The notes under the pieces: model-generated
Told to the model about the DNA's origin: nothing
The model's input: the letters and a program-made list of their open reading frames with translations, nothing else
The model's database searches: none
In this document: piece by piece, positions 46,789 through 56,771 of the stretch
Layout: each line of letters starts with the position of its first letter
Position numbering within the stretch: the stretch's first letter is position 1
Position numbers and translations under genes: made by a program
DNA from: Synechococcaceae cyanobacterium
GTDB taxonomy: Bacteria; Cyanobacteriota; Cyanobacteriia; PCC-6307; Cyanobiaceae
Length of the DNA: 64,000 bases
Direction of reading: 5' to 3'
NCBI GenBank assembly: GCA_046340895.1
Contig: JBKDSQ010000058.1
Location: forward strand, 25,095-89,094

Positions 46789-48471
46789 CTGCTGACCCGC
46801 ACCGACCCCCCGGCCTCGCCCACCATCCGGTTCGACACGATCCCCGACGCGCTGGCGGCGATCCGCAACGGCGAGTCGATCGTTGTCGTCGACGATGAAA
46901 ACCGGGAGAACGAAGGCGATGTGATCTGCGCGGCCCAGTTCGCCACGCCACAGCAGATCAATTTCATGGCAACCGAGGCGCGGGGCCTGATCTGCCTGGC
47001 GATGGAGGGCGAGCGGCTCGATGGGCTCGATCTGCCGCTGATGGTCGATCGCAACACCGACAGCAACCAGACCGCCTTCACCGTCAGCATCGACGCCGGC
47101 CCGGAGAACGGCGTCAGCTCGGGCATCTCCGCCGAAGACCGCGCCCGCACGATCCAGGTGGCGATCCATCCGGCCACCCGTCCGGGCGACCTGCGCCGGC
47201 CCGGCCACATCTTCCCGCTGCGGGCCCGCGACGGCGGCGTGCTCAAGCGCGCCGGCCACACCGAGGCAGCCGTGGACCTGGCCCGCCTGGCGGGGCTCTA
47301 TCCGGCCGGCGTGATCTGCGAGATCCAGAACCACGACGGGTCGATGGCGCGTCTGCCCCAGCTGGTGAGCTATGCCCAGCGCCACGGGCTGCGGCTGATC
47401 TCGATCGCCGACCTGATCCGCTACCGGCTCGAAACGGAGCGCTTCGTGCGCCGCCAGGCCGAGGCCAGCCTGCCGAGCGCCTTCGGCCGCTTCCGGGCGA
47501 TCGGCTACCGCAACGAGCTCGACGGCAGCGAGCATGTGGCGATCGTGAAGGGCCATCCGGAGCGCGCGGCCGGGCCGGTGCTGGTGCGGGTGCACTCCGA
47601 GTGCCTCACCGGCGATGCCTTCGGCTCGCTGCGCTGCGACTGCCGCCCCCAGCTGGAGGCCGCCCTGCGGCTGATCGAGGCCGCCGGCGAGGGCGTGGTG
47701 GTGTACCTGCGCCAGGAGGGGCGCGGCATCGGCCTGGTGAACAAGTTGCGCGCCTACAGCCTGCAGGACGGCGGCCTCGACACCGTGGAGGCCAACGAGC
47801 GGCTGGGCTTTCCGGCCGATCTGCGCAACTACGGCGTGGGGGCCCAGATCCTCAGCGACCTGGGGGTGCAGCGGCTGCGGCTGATCACCAACAACCCGCG
47901 CAAGATCGCCGGCCTGGGGGGCTATGGGCTGGAGGTGGTGGATCGGGTGCCGCTCGTGATCGATGCCGGCGACCACAACGCGGCCTACCTGCAGGCCAAG
48001 CGCACCAAGCTCGGCCACCTGATGGAGGAGAGCGCCGCCGCCAGCGCCGAAGAGCCGGCGGCCTGCGGACCCACCGCGGTGCTGGCCTGGCAGGGGGAAG
48101 CCGACCCGGCCGAGCTGGCGGAGCGCCTGGAGGCGCTGCGACAGGAGCAGCTCGAGCGGGGTCTTGTGCTGGAGCGGGAGGAGCATCCCCGCCTGCTGGC
48201 CCTGCTGGCCCAGCCCCGCCTGGCGCTGCTGCTGCGGGCCTGCGAAGGCCGGCCGCTGCAGCCGGCCGATCTGGCGGCGGTGTTGCAGCGGGTGGCGGCC
48301 TGGTCCGGCAGCCGGGCGGTGAGCCTGCTGTTGGCCCCCGATGGCCGGCGTGTGGAGCACCCCAGCGCCGACCTGGAGCCGGAGCGCCGACCCCTGGTCG
48401 AGCTGGGCGCCAGCGCCACGGCCTGCCCGCGCCTGAGCATCACCCCCGGCGCCTTCGTGGTCTGGCGCTGA
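46789..48471 (+). CDS. ribBA: Bifunctional 3,4-dihydroxy-2-butanone-4-phosphate synthase / GTP cyclohydrolase II
   Basis: DHBP synthase blocks ([20 protein letters not shown]) and GCH II blocks ([15 protein letters not shown]). The long C-terminal extension is as in other cyanobacterial RibBA. The conserved N-terminus begins upstream of the first GTG (46921). The start is uncertain (see findings). Confidence 0.88.
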   Translation: MLTRTDPPASPTIRFDTIPDALAAIRNGESIVVVDDENRENEGDVICAAQFATPQQINFMATEARGLICLAMEGERLDGLDLPLMVDRNTDSNQTAFTVSIDAGPENGVSSGISAEDRARTIQVAIHPATRPGDLRRPGHIFPLRARDGGVLKRAGHTEAAVDLARLAGLYPAGVICEIQNHDGSMARLPQLVSYAQRHGLRLISIADLIRYRLETERFVRRQAEASLPSAFGRFRAIGYRNELDGSEHVAIVKGHPERAAGPVLVRVHSECLTGDAFGSLRCDCRPQLEAALRLIEAAGEGVVVYLRQEGRGIGLVNKLRAYSLQDGGLDTVEANERLGFPADLRNYGVGAQILSDLGVQRLRLITNNPRKIAGLGGYGLEVVDRVPLVIDAGDHNAAYLQAKRTKLGHLMEESAAASAEEPAACGPTAVLAWQGEADPAELAERLEALRQEQLERGLVLEREEHPRLLALLAQPRLALLLRACEGRPLQPADLAAVLQRVAAWSGSRAVSLLLAPDGRRVEHPSADLEPERRPLVELGASATACPRLSITPGAFVVWR

Positions 48472-48475
48472 GGGC

Positions 48476-48916
48476 TCAGGCCTCGATTGTGACCTTCTGA
48501 ATGCGGCTGCCGTTTTTGAGCTTCAGCACCACATCGAGGTCGCCGGTGTGGCCGAACACGGTGTGCAGGCCGTCGAGGTGGGGCTGGGCGCCGTGGCAGA
48601 GGAAGAATTGGCTGCCGCCGGTGTTCGGCCCGGCGTGGGCCATCGACAGGCTGCCGGCCTGGTGCTTGTTGCGGTTGATCTCGCAGGGGATCGTGTAGCC
48701 CGGGCCGCCGGTGCCGGCAACGCCACGGGCGCCCTCGCGGCTGTTGGGACAACCCCCCTGGGCCATGAAGCCGTCGATCACCCGGTGGAAGGCCAGGCCG
48801 TCGTAGAAGCCGTCGTTGGCGAGTTTCACGAAGTTCGCCACGGTGCCCGGGGCGTCGGCGTCGAACAGCTCGAGATGAATGGTGCCGGCGTCGGTCTCCA
48901 TCAGGGCCTTGGTCAC
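48476..48916 (-). CDS. Peptidyl-prolyl cis-trans isomerase, cyclophilin type
   Basis: [13 protein letters not shown] and GSQFF blocks. GTG 48916 or ATG 48901 as start. Confidence 0.92.
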   Translation of the reverse strand: MTKALMETDAGTIHLELFDADAPGTVANFVKLANDGFYDGLAFHRVIDGFMAQGGCPNSREGARGVAGTGGPGYTIPCEINRNKHQAGSLSMAHAGPNTGGSQFFLCHGAQPHLDGLHTVFGHTGDLDVVLKLKNGSRIQKVTIEA

Positions 48917-49017
48917 GGGCGGGAAGGGGCGAAAGCCCGACTGTATCGACCAGGGTCGCCTGCGGTAGAACAGTTGCCCTGCTTCTTCGGTGCCCCTCGC
49001 ACCGGCACCGCGCTTCG

Positions 49018-50004
49018 ATGGGTTCCTCCTCCGCCCCCCCTACCGCCAGCTCCGGCGGCGCCCCCAGCGGCAGCGCCGATCTCGGCACCGCCAGGCTCGG
49101 CGTTCTGGGTGGCAGCGGCCTCTATTCGATGGAGGGGCTGGAGGTGCTCGAAGAGCGCAGCATCGAAACCCCCTACGGCAGCCCCTCCGACAGCCTGCGC
49201 CTCGGCCGCATCGGGGATCTGGAGGTGGTGTTCCTGGCCCGCCACGGCCGCCATCACAGCTACACGCCCACCGAGGTGCCGTACCGGGCCAACCTCTGGG
49301 CCCTGCGCTCGCTCGGGGTGCGCTGGATCCTGTCGGTCTCGGCGGTGGGCTCGCTGCAGGAGGAGGTGCGCCCGCTCGACATGCTGGTGCCTGATCAGTT
49401 CATCGACCGCACCCACCAGCGGCCGCTCAGCTTCTTCGGCGAGGGGGCGGTGGCCCACGTGACCGCCGCCGATCCCTACTGCGCCGTGCTCAGCCGCATG
49501 CTGGCCGATGTGGGCGAGAGCCTGATGCCCGAGGGCCGTCGGCTGCACCGCGGCGGCACCTACCTCTGCATGGAGGGTCCGGCGTTCTCCACCAGGGCCG
49601 AGTCGGAGCTCTACCGCTCCTGGGGCTGCGATGTGATCGGCATGACCAACCACACCGAAGCGCGCCTGGCACGGGAGGCGGAGATGGCCTACGCCACCCT
49701 GGCGATGGTCACCGATTACGACTGCTGGCACCGCGAGCACGAGTCGGTGACGGTGGAGATGGTGATCGACAACCTGCGCGCCAACGCCGAGCTGGCCCAG
49801 CGCATCGTGCGCCTGGCGGCCGAGCGGGTAGGGGCCATCCGCCCCCCCAGCCGGGCCCATCACGCCCTCCGCAACGCCCTGATGACCCCTCCGCACGTGG
49901 TGCCGGCCGAAACCCGCCGCCGCACCGAGCTGTTCACCGCCCCCTACTGGGGAGCCTTCGGGGAAGGGGCGGAGGCCGCAGAGGGCGCCGCGGCGAGCGA
50001 GTAG
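49018..50004 (+). CDS. mtnP: S-methyl-5'-thioadenosine phosphorylase
   Basis: [10 protein letters not shown]...TPYG...FLARHGR.H...[10 protein letters not shown] and GMT motifs of the MTAP/PNP family. Confidence 0.9.
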   Translation: MGSSSAPPTASSGGAPSGSADLGTARLGVLGGSGLYSMEGLEVLEERSIETPYGSPSDSLRLGRIGDLEVVFLARHGRHHSYTPTEVPYRANLWALRSLGVRWILSVSAVGSLQEEVRPLDMLVPDQFIDRTHQRPLSFFGEGAVAHVTAADPYCAVLSRMLADVGESLMPEGRRLHRGGTYLCMEGPAFSTRAESELYRSWGCDVIGMTNHTEARLAREAEMAYATLAMVTDYDCWHREHESVTVEMVIDNLRANAELAQRIVRLAAERVGAIRPPSRAHHALRNALMTPPHVVPAETRRRTELFTAPYWGAFGEGAEAAEGAAASE

Positions 50005-50939
50005 CCCAGGGCGGTGAGGGTGTCGCGCAGGCCGGGGCCGTGCTCGGCCAGGGCGGCCCGTGCCGCTTCGGCCCCGAGGCCGCTGGCCTGCATCAGCAAC
50101 GCCAGCTTCACCGAGCCACCCGCCGCCGCCAGCTGGGCCGCCGCTGCAGGGCGCTCGATGCCGCTCAGGTCGGTGAGGATCCGCAGGGCCCGGTCTTCGA
50201 GCTTGGCGTTGGTGACCGCCACATCCACCATGCGGTTGCCAGACACCTTGCCCAGGCGCACCATCACGCCGGTAGAGAGAATGTTCAGCGCCATCTTGGT
50301 GGCGGTGCCGGCCTTGAGGCGGGTGGAGCCGGTGAGCAGCTCCGGCCCGGTGAGCAGGCGGATGTCGATTTCGCAGGGCATGGGCGCCTGCTCGGCCGGA
50401 ACGCAGGCCATGGCGATCGCCAGGGCACCGAGGGAGCGGGCGTATGCCAGGCCGCCGAGCACGTAAGGGGTAGTGCCGCCGGCGGCGATGCCCACCAGCG
50501 CATCCGCCGCTCCAAAGCCACGCTGCTCGAGGTCGGTGCGGCCGGCCTCCGCCAGGTCTTCCAACCCCTCGGAGCTGCGCAGCAGCGCCGGCGCGCCGCC
50601 CGCCAGCACACCTTGCACGAGCTCCGGCGGCGAGCAGAAGGTGGGCGGGCACTCAGCCGCATCGAGCACCCCGAGGCGGCCGGAGGTGCCGGCGCCGAGA
50701 TAGAACAGCCGTCCTCCGGCGCGCAGGCGGGCGGCGATCGCCTCCACGGCGGCCGCCAGGGCGGCGCTGGCGCCGGCCACCGCCCGCTGCGGCTCGAGCT
50801 CGTTGCGGCAGAACAGGTCCACCAGCGCCGGCGCATCGAGCTGATCGAGCTGTTCGCTGGCGGGATTGGCCTGCTCGGTGAGCAGGTGGCCGCGGCTGCG
50901 CAGCGGCTCCCCGCTGCCGCTGGGTGTCGCCGGGCTCAC
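49944..50939 (-). CDS. murQ: N-acetylmuramic acid 6-phosphate etherase
   Basis: SIS domain with GRLFYLGAGTSGRLGVLDAAECPPTF. GTG at 50937-50939 overlaps the upstream stop (GTGA); the ORF is open to 51008. Confidence 0.88.
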   Translation of the reverse strand: MSPATPSGSGEPLRSRGHLLTEQANPASEQLDQLDAPALVDLFCRNELEPQRAVAGASAALAAAVEAIAARLRAGGRLFYLGAGTSGRLGVLDAAECPPTFCSPPELVQGVLAGGAPALLRSSEGLEDLAEAGRTDLEQRGFGAADALVGIAAGGTTPYVLGGLAYARSLGALAIAMACVPAEQAPMPCEIDIRLLTGPELLTGSTRLKAGTATKMALNILSTGVMVRLGKVSGNRMVDVAVTNAKLEDRALRILTDLSGIERPAAAAQLAAAGGSVKLALLMQASGLGAEAARAALAEHGPGLRDTLTALGYSLAAAPSAASAPSPKAPQ

Positions 50940-51322
50940 AGCAGCCCCTCGAGGCGGCGGCGGAAGGCCTCCAGCTCCGGATCGCGGTCCTCGGCCGGCT
51001 CCCGCCACTGGCTCACGTCCATGTTCTGCTCCGGCGGGGCAATCAGCAGGCGGTCCTCCTCGCTGCGGGGCAGGAAGCCGGCGGGCACATGGCGGGCTTC
51101 GTAGCCGGCCTCGGTGCAGAAGCGCTCGATTTCATCACGATCCAGAGCCTCCACCGTGGGCATCGGAAAATCCTGGGCCTCCAGCAGGCCGGCGTAGCGT
51201 TCGGCGTCGTCGGGATCTTCGAACAGCAGCACCACGGTGCGGCCGTTGAGCTCGAGGGAATGGATCCCTTCGGTGTCGCTGCCGGCATCAAACAGCAGCA
51301 CGTGCACCGGTTCGGAACTCAC
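50936..51322 (-). CDS. DUF3110-like protein
   Basis: 128 aa. VHVLLFDAGSDTEGIHSLE...VLLFEDPDDAERYAGLLEAQDFPMPTVEALD matches my memory of the cyanobacterial/plant DUF3110 family. Confidence 0.7.
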   Translation of the reverse strand: MSSEPVHVLLFDAGSDTEGIHSLELNGRTVVLLFEDPDDAERYAGLLEAQDFPMPTVEALDRDEIERFCTEAGYEARHVPAGFLPRSEEDRLLIAPPEQNMDVSQWREPAEDRDPELEAFRRRLEGLL

Positions 51323-51372
51323 GGATGGGCGAGAGAGGCTGGGGCTCAGTGTCTCATCCGTGGTGCCGCGGC

Positions 51373-52281
51373 TCAGCCGTCCGCTCGTTCCTCGGCCAGC
51401 TCGCGCAGGCGGCGGTACAGGGCCTGCTCGGCCTCGCTGAGGGGATCCTCCACGACGATCCGCAGTTCCACCAGCTGGTCGCCCCGCTCCCCCCGGTGCT
51501 CCAAGCCCCGACCGCGCAGACGCAGCAGCCGCCCGCTGGAGGAGCCGGGCGGCACGCGCAGCCGCACGGGGCCATCGAGGGTGGGCACCACCGCCTGGCA
51601 GCCGAGCGCGGCATCGGCGGGGGAAAGCTCAAGCTGGAAGTGCACCCGCAGGCCGTCGATGCGCAGCCCGTCGGCGGTGCGCACCTGCAGCTGCAGGAAA
51701 TGGTCGCCCCCCCCTGGTCCGACCCCCGCCAGCCGCAGCCGCCAGCCATCGCCGGCCAGGGGGGGCGTCCACAGCTCCACCACCGTGCCATCGGGCAGTT
51801 CGAGCTCCACGCAGGCGCCGGCGAGGGCCTGCTCGGGGCTGAGGGCCACGACGCTCTCCAGGTCGTCGGCCGCGCGCACCGGCGGCGGCGATGCGGGTCG
51901 GGCGGCCACCTCGCTGCCCGGTTCGGGCGAGGACGGGGGCTGCTCCGGGTCGCCATGCTCCCCGAACAGGGCCGCCAGATACTCCTCGAAGGGGGGGAAG
52001 CCGCTGGCGAAGGGGTCCTGGTCGTGTGCGGACCCGTCGCCATCGATCCCCGCCTCCCAGGCCTGGCGGCGGCGGGGATCGGAGAGCACCGCATAGGCCT
52101 CGTTGACGAGCTTGAAGCGCTCCTCGGCGACCGGGTCGTTGCCGTTGAGGTCGGGGTGCCAACGGCGGGCCTGCTGCCGGAACGCCCGCTTCAGCGCCTC
52201 GGCATCGGCGCCGGGGTCCAGGCCCAGCACCGCCCAGAAATCGGGCCGGCCCTCCACGGCTGTTGTGGTCGAGCGGCTCAC
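51373..52281 (-). CDS. dnaJ: DnaJ-family co-chaperone (J domain plus C-terminal substrate-binding domain, no Zn finger)
   Basis: J domain DFWAVLGLDPGADAEALKRAFRQQARRWHPDLN. DnaJ_C-like beta region. GTG start overlaps the dnaK stop (GTGA). Confidence 0.85.
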   Translation of the reverse strand: MSRSTTTAVEGRPDFWAVLGLDPGADAEALKRAFRQQARRWHPDLNGNDPVAEERFKLVNEAYAVLSDPRRRQAWEAGIDGDGSAHDQDPFASGFPPFEEYLAALFGEHGDPEQPPSSPEPGSEVAARPASPPPVRAADDLESVVALSPEQALAGACVELELPDGTVVELWTPPLAGDGWRLRLAGVGPGGGDHFLQLQVRTADGLRIDGLRVHFQLELSPADAALGCQAVVPTLDGPVRLRVPPGSSSGRLLRLRGRGLEHRGERGDQLVELRIVVEDPLSEAEQALYRRLRELAEERADG

Positions 52282-54635
52282 GGGGCGTCCGCGTCGGCCC
52301 AGGGATCCTCCGCCGCATGCGGCGCGGGTCGGCGCGGGTCGACCGGCGTGGGCTCGACGGCCAGGGGTTGGCGGCGCCGCGGCAACGGACCCGGATCGGA
52401 TCCGTAGCCATCGTCAAGCTCTTCCCGCTCCCGTTCGGCGTCGGGCACGGGGGAGCGCTCAAGGCCGTAAGGATCGCTGCTGGTGGAAAACCGCTCATCG
52501 GATTCGCGCCAAGCTGGGGTGCGGCCGTTGGGCTGCCTGCCGGAACGGTCGTCCAGGTCCTGGGAGCGGCCGAAGCGGTCTTCGCTGAAACGCTCTTCTC
52601 GGAAGCGGTCTTCTCTGAAACGGTCTTCGCCGTATCGCTCTGGGCCGTAGGTCTCTGGGCCGTAGGGCAACCCGCCATAGCCAGCCCCGCCCCGCGGGCT
52701 CGACCAGGGATCGCTGCGCCGCGGGCTGTCCCAGTCGTCCCAGTCGTCTTCGGCGAACAATTCGTCTTTCAGCGACCCCAGCGTGTTGCGCAGGCCCTGC
52801 AAAGGACCGCTCTCCGCCCGCCGCTCGCTCATCAAACGACGGTTCAGGCCGAACAGCGACTCCTGCAGCTGGCTCACGGCCAGCTCCAGCTCGGCGGCGT
52901 CCCCCCCGGCCAGCAGATCCTGCACATCCCGCAGCGCCACCTCCACCGCCCGCTGCTGCCGCTCGGCGCCGTAGGGCCCCAGCTCCAGGGTGGCGTCCCG
53001 CAGCCGCCGCTCCGCCTGGGCCACCAACGTCTGGGCCCGGTTGCGACGGTCGATCTCACTGCGCTTGCGGCGATCCTCGGCCGCCTTCTGCTCGGCCTCC
53101 TCCAGCAGGCGCTGGATCTCCTCCTCGCTCAGGTTGGAGCCACCCTGGATGGTCACGCTCTGCTGGCGGCCGGTGGTGCGATCGGTGGCCGACACCTGCA
53201 GCAGACCGTTGGCGTCGATGTCGAACGACACCTGCACCTGGGGCACGCCCCGGGGGGCCGGCGGGATCCCCGAGAGGCGGAAGCGGCCCAGCGATTTGTT
53301 ATCGGCCGCCATCTGCCGCTCGCCCTGCAGCACATGGATCTCCACCGAGTTCTGGTTGGCGGCCGAGGTGCTGAACACATCCGACTTGCGCACCGGAATC
53401 GCCGTGTTGCGCGGAATCAGCACCTTCATGACCCCGCCGATCGTCTCCAGTCCCAGCGACAGCGGCGTGACGTCGTTGAGCATCAGATCGCGCAGCTCGC
53501 CGGTGAGAATTCCTGCCTGCACCGCCGCCCCGATCGCCACCACCTCATCCGGGTTGACCGACTGGCAGGGCTCGCGCGGCACCAGGGTGCGCACCATCTC
53601 CTGCACCATCGGCATGCGGGTTGAACCGCCCACCAACACCACATCGTCGATGTCGTCGGCGGCCAGGCCCGAATCGCGCAGGGCCCGCTGCACGGGCCGC
53701 AGCAGCCGGTCGAGCAGGTCGGGGCAGAGGCTCTCGAACGTGCCGCGCTCCAGGGTGGTCTCGATGTGCAGCGGCCCCTCCGGACCGGTGGCGATGAACG
53801 GCAGCGAGATCGGCGTGCTGCGCACCCCGGAGAGCTCCTGCTTGGCCTTCTCCGCGGCCTCGCTCAGGCGTTGCAGGGCCTGGCGATCGCGACGCAGATC
53901 GAGGCCGTGCTCCTTGGCGAAGGCATCGGCCAGCCAGTCGACGATGCGGCGGTCCCAGTCGTTGCCACCGAGCTGGGTGTCACCGCTGGTGGCCTTCACA
54001 TCGAAAACGCCATTGGCGATGCGCAGCACGGATACGTCAAACGTGCCGCCGCCAAGGTCGAAGACCAGCACCCGGCGGGCGGCGCTGCGGTCGAAGCCGT
54101 AGGCCAGCGCCGCCGCGGTGGGCTCGTTCAGAATTCGTTCCACCTGCAGCCCCGCCAGGCGGCCGGCATCGCGGGTGGCCTGACGCTGGGCATCGTTGAA
54201 GTAGGCCGGCACGGTGATCACCGCCGCCTCCACCGGTTCGCCGAGGTAGGTGGCCGCGTCGTCGACCAGCTTGCGCAGGATCGCCGCCACCAGCTCTTCC
54301 GGTGCGTATTCCCGCTCGGTGGCCGGGGCGACGATGCGCACATTGCCCTGGTCGTTGGCGCGCACCGTGTAGGGAACACTGAGGCTGCCCTCATCGAGCT
54401 CCTCCCAGCTGCGGCCCACGAACCGCTTCAGGTTGGCGAAGGTGTTGCGCGGGTTGAGCACCAGCTGGCGCCGTGCCAGCTGCCCCACCAACAGCTCCTT
54501 CTCCCGGCTGAATCCGACCACCGAAGGGGTGGTGCGGCCCCCTTCCGCACTGGCGATCACCTGCGGGCGGCCACCTTCGAGCACCGCCACCACCGAATTG
54601 GTGGTGCCCAGGTCGATGCCAACGATCCGCCCCAT
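52278..54635 (-). CDS. dnaK: Hsp70 chaperone, DnaK3-like with long repetitive C-terminal tail
   Basis: 785 aa. IVGIDLGTTNS, DLGGGTFD and VLVGGSTRMP Hsp70 signatures. About 170-aa acidic/aromatic repeat tail. Confidence 0.95.
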   Translation of the reverse strand: MGRIVGIDLGTTNSVVAVLEGGRPQVIASAEGGRTTPSVVGFSREKELLVGQLARRQLVLNPRNTFANLKRFVGRSWEELDEGSLSVPYTVRANDQGNVRIVAPATEREYAPEELVAAILRKLVDDAATYLGEPVEAAVITVPAYFNDAQRQATRDAGRLAGLQVERILNEPTAAALAYGFDRSAARRVLVFDLGGGTFDVSVLRIANGVFDVKATSGDTQLGGNDWDRRIVDWLADAFAKEHGLDLRRDRQALQRLSEAAEKAKQELSGVRSTPISLPFIATGPEGPLHIETTLERGTFESLCPDLLDRLLRPVQRALRDSGLAADDIDDVVLVGGSTRMPMVQEMVRTLVPREPCQSVNPDEVVAIGAAVQAGILTGELRDLMLNDVTPLSLGLETIGGVMKVLIPRNTAIPVRKSDVFSTSAANQNSVEIHVLQGERQMAADNKSLGRFRLSGIPPAPRGVPQVQVSFDIDANGLLQVSATDRTTGRQQSVTIQGGSNLSEEEIQRLLEEAEQKAAEDRRKRSEIDRRNRAQTLVAQAERRLRDATLELGPYGAERQQRAVEVALRDVQDLLAGGDAAELELAVSQLQESLFGLNRRLMSERRAESGPLQGLRNTLGSLKDELFAEDDWDDWDSPRRSDPWSSPRGGAGYGGLPYGPETYGPERYGEDRFREDRFREERFSEDRFGRSQDLDDRSGRQPNGRTPAWRESDERFSTSSDPYGLERSPVPDAEREREELDDGYGSDPGPLPRRRQPLAVEPTPVDPRRPAPHAAEDPWADADAP
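52571..52667 (-). repeat. In-frame short tandem repeats in the dnaK tail
   Basis: A 30-nt unit occurs twice (52571-52600 and 52601-52630, 4 mismatches). Each unit consists of two 15-nt subunits encoding (E/D)RF(R/S)E. A 15-nt unit ctctgggccgtagg occurs twice (52638-52667), encoding YGPE(T/R). Confidence 0.85.
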
Positions 54636-54708
54636 GGAGGAAGTACAGGTCTGTGCGGTCCCAGGGTCCGCGAGCGTGGTGGCCCCAAGCTACCGGGCTC
54701 GGCCAACC

Positions 54709-54727
54709 GTTAAACGCAGCTTAAACA
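54709..54727 (+). promoter_or_regulatory. Putative Pho box (two 8-bp direct repeats at 11-bp spacing) upstream of pstC
   Basis: gTTAAACg cag cTTAAACa, ending 85 nt upstream of the pstC ATG. The cyanobacterial PhoB/SphR site consensus is reported as PyTTAAPyPy(T/A) repeats with 11-bp periodicity. Only two of the usual three units are visible. Confidence 0.35.
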
Positions 54728-54811
54728 GCAGCGGCGAGGGGGCTACCTAGAGTCAGTGCCGGGAGCGGTTCCCGCCTTCCAGACGCCTCCCCTTGCCCCC
54801 GCACCGCCCGC

Positions 54812-55810
54812 ATGCCAAGCCAGGCCACAGAGCATGGGCCGAGCTCCGGAGGGAACGCACCGGAGATCCGGCTCGAGGATGCCTTCTCGCTCCGCATCCG
54901 TCCCGCCAGCGAACGGCTCCTCGACAGCGGCTTCCGCTGGCTGACCCTGCTGCTCGCCGCCCTGGTGGCCCTGGTGCTGGCGGGAATCTTTGTCACGGTT
55001 CTGCAGGGCGCCCGCGAGGCGATCGGCAGCTTCGGCCTTTCTTTCCTCACCACGTCCGCCTGGGATCCGGTCAATAACAGCTACGGCGCCTTCACCGCCA
55101 TCTACGGCACCCTGGTGAGCTCCCTGCTGGCCTTGCTGATCGCCGTGCCACTCGGTCTGGGAACCGCCGTGTTCATCACCGAGGATCTGATCCCGGCGGC
55201 CCTCTGCGAGGCGATCGGGTTGATGGTCGAGCTGCTGGCGGCCATTCCTTCGGTGGTGCTTGGGCTGTGGGCGATCTTCGTGATGGAGCCGATGATCCGG
55301 CCGGCCCTACTGGCGCTGCATCAACTGTTGGGCTGGATGCCCTTCTTCTCCACCGTTCCCCAGGGCCCCGGCATGGCGCCCGCGGTTCTGATTCTGGTGG
55401 TGATGATCCTGCCGATCATCACCGCCATCTCCCGCGATGCCCTGCGCCAGGTGCCGATCGAGCTGCGCCAGGGCGCCTACGGCGTCGGCACCACCCGCTG
55501 GGGGGCGATCATCCACATCATTCTGCCAGCGGCCGTTTCGGCGATCACCGGTGGCGTGATGCTGGCCCTGGGCCGGGCGATGGGCGAAACGATGGCCGTC
55601 ACGATGATCATCGGCAACTCGCTGAATTTCTCCCCTTCCCTGTTGGCTCCCGGCAACACAATCGCCTCCCTGCTTGCCAACCAGTTCGGCGAGGCCGATG
55701 GCATCCAGGTCTCCGCCCTGATGTATGCCGCGCTGATCCTGATGGTGCTCACCTTCAGCGTCAACGTTCTGGCCCGCTGGGTGGTGCGAAAACTCAGCCT
55801 GCGCTACTGA
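54812..55810 (+). CDS. pstC: Phosphate ABC transporter permease PstC
   Basis: 332 aa, polytopic. The EAIGSFGLSFLTTSAWDP and IIGNS blocks are typical of PstC. Confidence 0.93.
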   Translation: MPSQATEHGPSSGGNAPEIRLEDAFSLRIRPASERLLDSGFRWLTLLLAALVALVLAGIFVTVLQGAREAIGSFGLSFLTTSAWDPVNNSYGAFTAIYGTLVSSLLALLIAVPLGLGTAVFITEDLIPAALCEAIGLMVELLAAIPSVVLGLWAIFVMEPMIRPALLALHQLLGWMPFFSTVPQGPGMAPAVLILVVMILPIITAISRDALRQVPIELRQGAYGVGTTRWGAIIHIILPAAVSAITGGVMLALGRAMGETMAVTMIIGNSLNFSPSLLAPGNTIASLLANQFGEADGIQVSALMYAALILMVLTFSVNVLARWVVRKLSLRY

Positions 55811-55824
55811 GCCAGCCCCATCCC

Positions 55825-56739
55825 ATGACCCGCAGCGTCCCCACCCCCCGCCTGGCCCAGCCCAGCTTTGAGCGACATTCGCTGTTCTTTGATCCCGGTC
55901 TTGGCCGCAACCGCTGGAACCGTCTGCTCACGGGTCTGGCAGCCCTGTTCGCCGCCTTGGCGGTCCTGCCGCTCGTCCTGGTGCTGGTGTACGTGCTCGT
56001 GCAGGGGGGCCGGCTGCTCAGCCTGCAGCTGCTCACCCAGCTGCCTCCTGCTCCTGGATTCACTGGCGGAGGCATCGGCAACGCGATCCTCGGCACCCTG
56101 CTGGTGTCCCTGATCGCCTCCCTGATCGCCATCCCCGTGGGCGTGGGCGGCGGCATCTATCTGAGTGAATATGCGGGCCGGGGCTGGTTTCCGCCCTTTG
56201 TGCGCTTCGGCAACGATGTGCTGGCGGGTGTTCCCTCGATTGTCTGCGGCGTGTTCGTGTACGGGATCATCGTGGCCACCCGCTTCTTCTTCGGCCAGAG
56301 CTACAGCGCCATGGCCGGCGGCATCGCCCTGGCGGTGCTGATGCTGCCCACCGTGATCAAAACCACCGATGAGGGTCTGCAGCTGGTGCCGCAGGAGATG
56401 CGCTGGGGCGCCTACGGAGTCGGTGCCTCGCGATTCGTCACGATCACGCGGGTGGTGCTGCCGGCGGCCCTCACGCCGATCGCCACCGGGGTGGTGCTGG
56501 CGATCGCCCGGGCCGCCGGAGAAACGGCACCGCTGATCTTCACCGCCCTGTTCTCCCCCTTCTGGCCGGAGGGCGTTTTCAACCCGATCGCCACGATGTC
56601 GGTGTTGATCTACAACTTCGCGATCATGCCCTACGAGGCCCAGAACGCCCTGGCGTGGGCCGCCTCCTTCGTGCTCGTTCTGATGATCCTGGCCGCCAAC
56701 CTGCTGGCCCGTTGGCTGGGCCACCGCAGCCGCGCCTGA
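55825..56739 (+). CDS. pstA: Phosphate ABC transporter permease PstA
   Basis: ATG at 55825 inside the longer ORF 55267-56739. [11 protein letters not shown] and [10 protein letters not shown] (EAA-loop) blocks. Confidence 0.93.
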   Translation: MTRSVPTPRLAQPSFERHSLFFDPGLGRNRWNRLLTGLAALFAALAVLPLVLVLVYVLVQGGRLLSLQLLTQLPPAPGFTGGGIGNAILGTLLVSLIASLIAIPVGVGGGIYLSEYAGRGWFPPFVRFGNDVLAGVPSIVCGVFVYGIIVATRFFFGQSYSAMAGGIALAVLMLPTVIKTTDEGLQLVPQEMRWGAYGVGASRFVTITRVVLPAALTPIATGVVLAIARAAGETAPLIFTALFSPFWPEGVFNPIATMSVLIYNFAIMPYEAQNALAWAASFVLVLMILAANLLARWLGHRSRA

Positions 56740-56771
56740 ACCCTCGATCCGCCCTTTCCTCCTCCCCTCCC

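Noticed and set aside
46759-50652. 533-aa and 579-aa minus-strand ORFs
   Set aside because: They are antisense to ribBA and to mtnP/PPIase respectively. They are low-complexity with no motifs.
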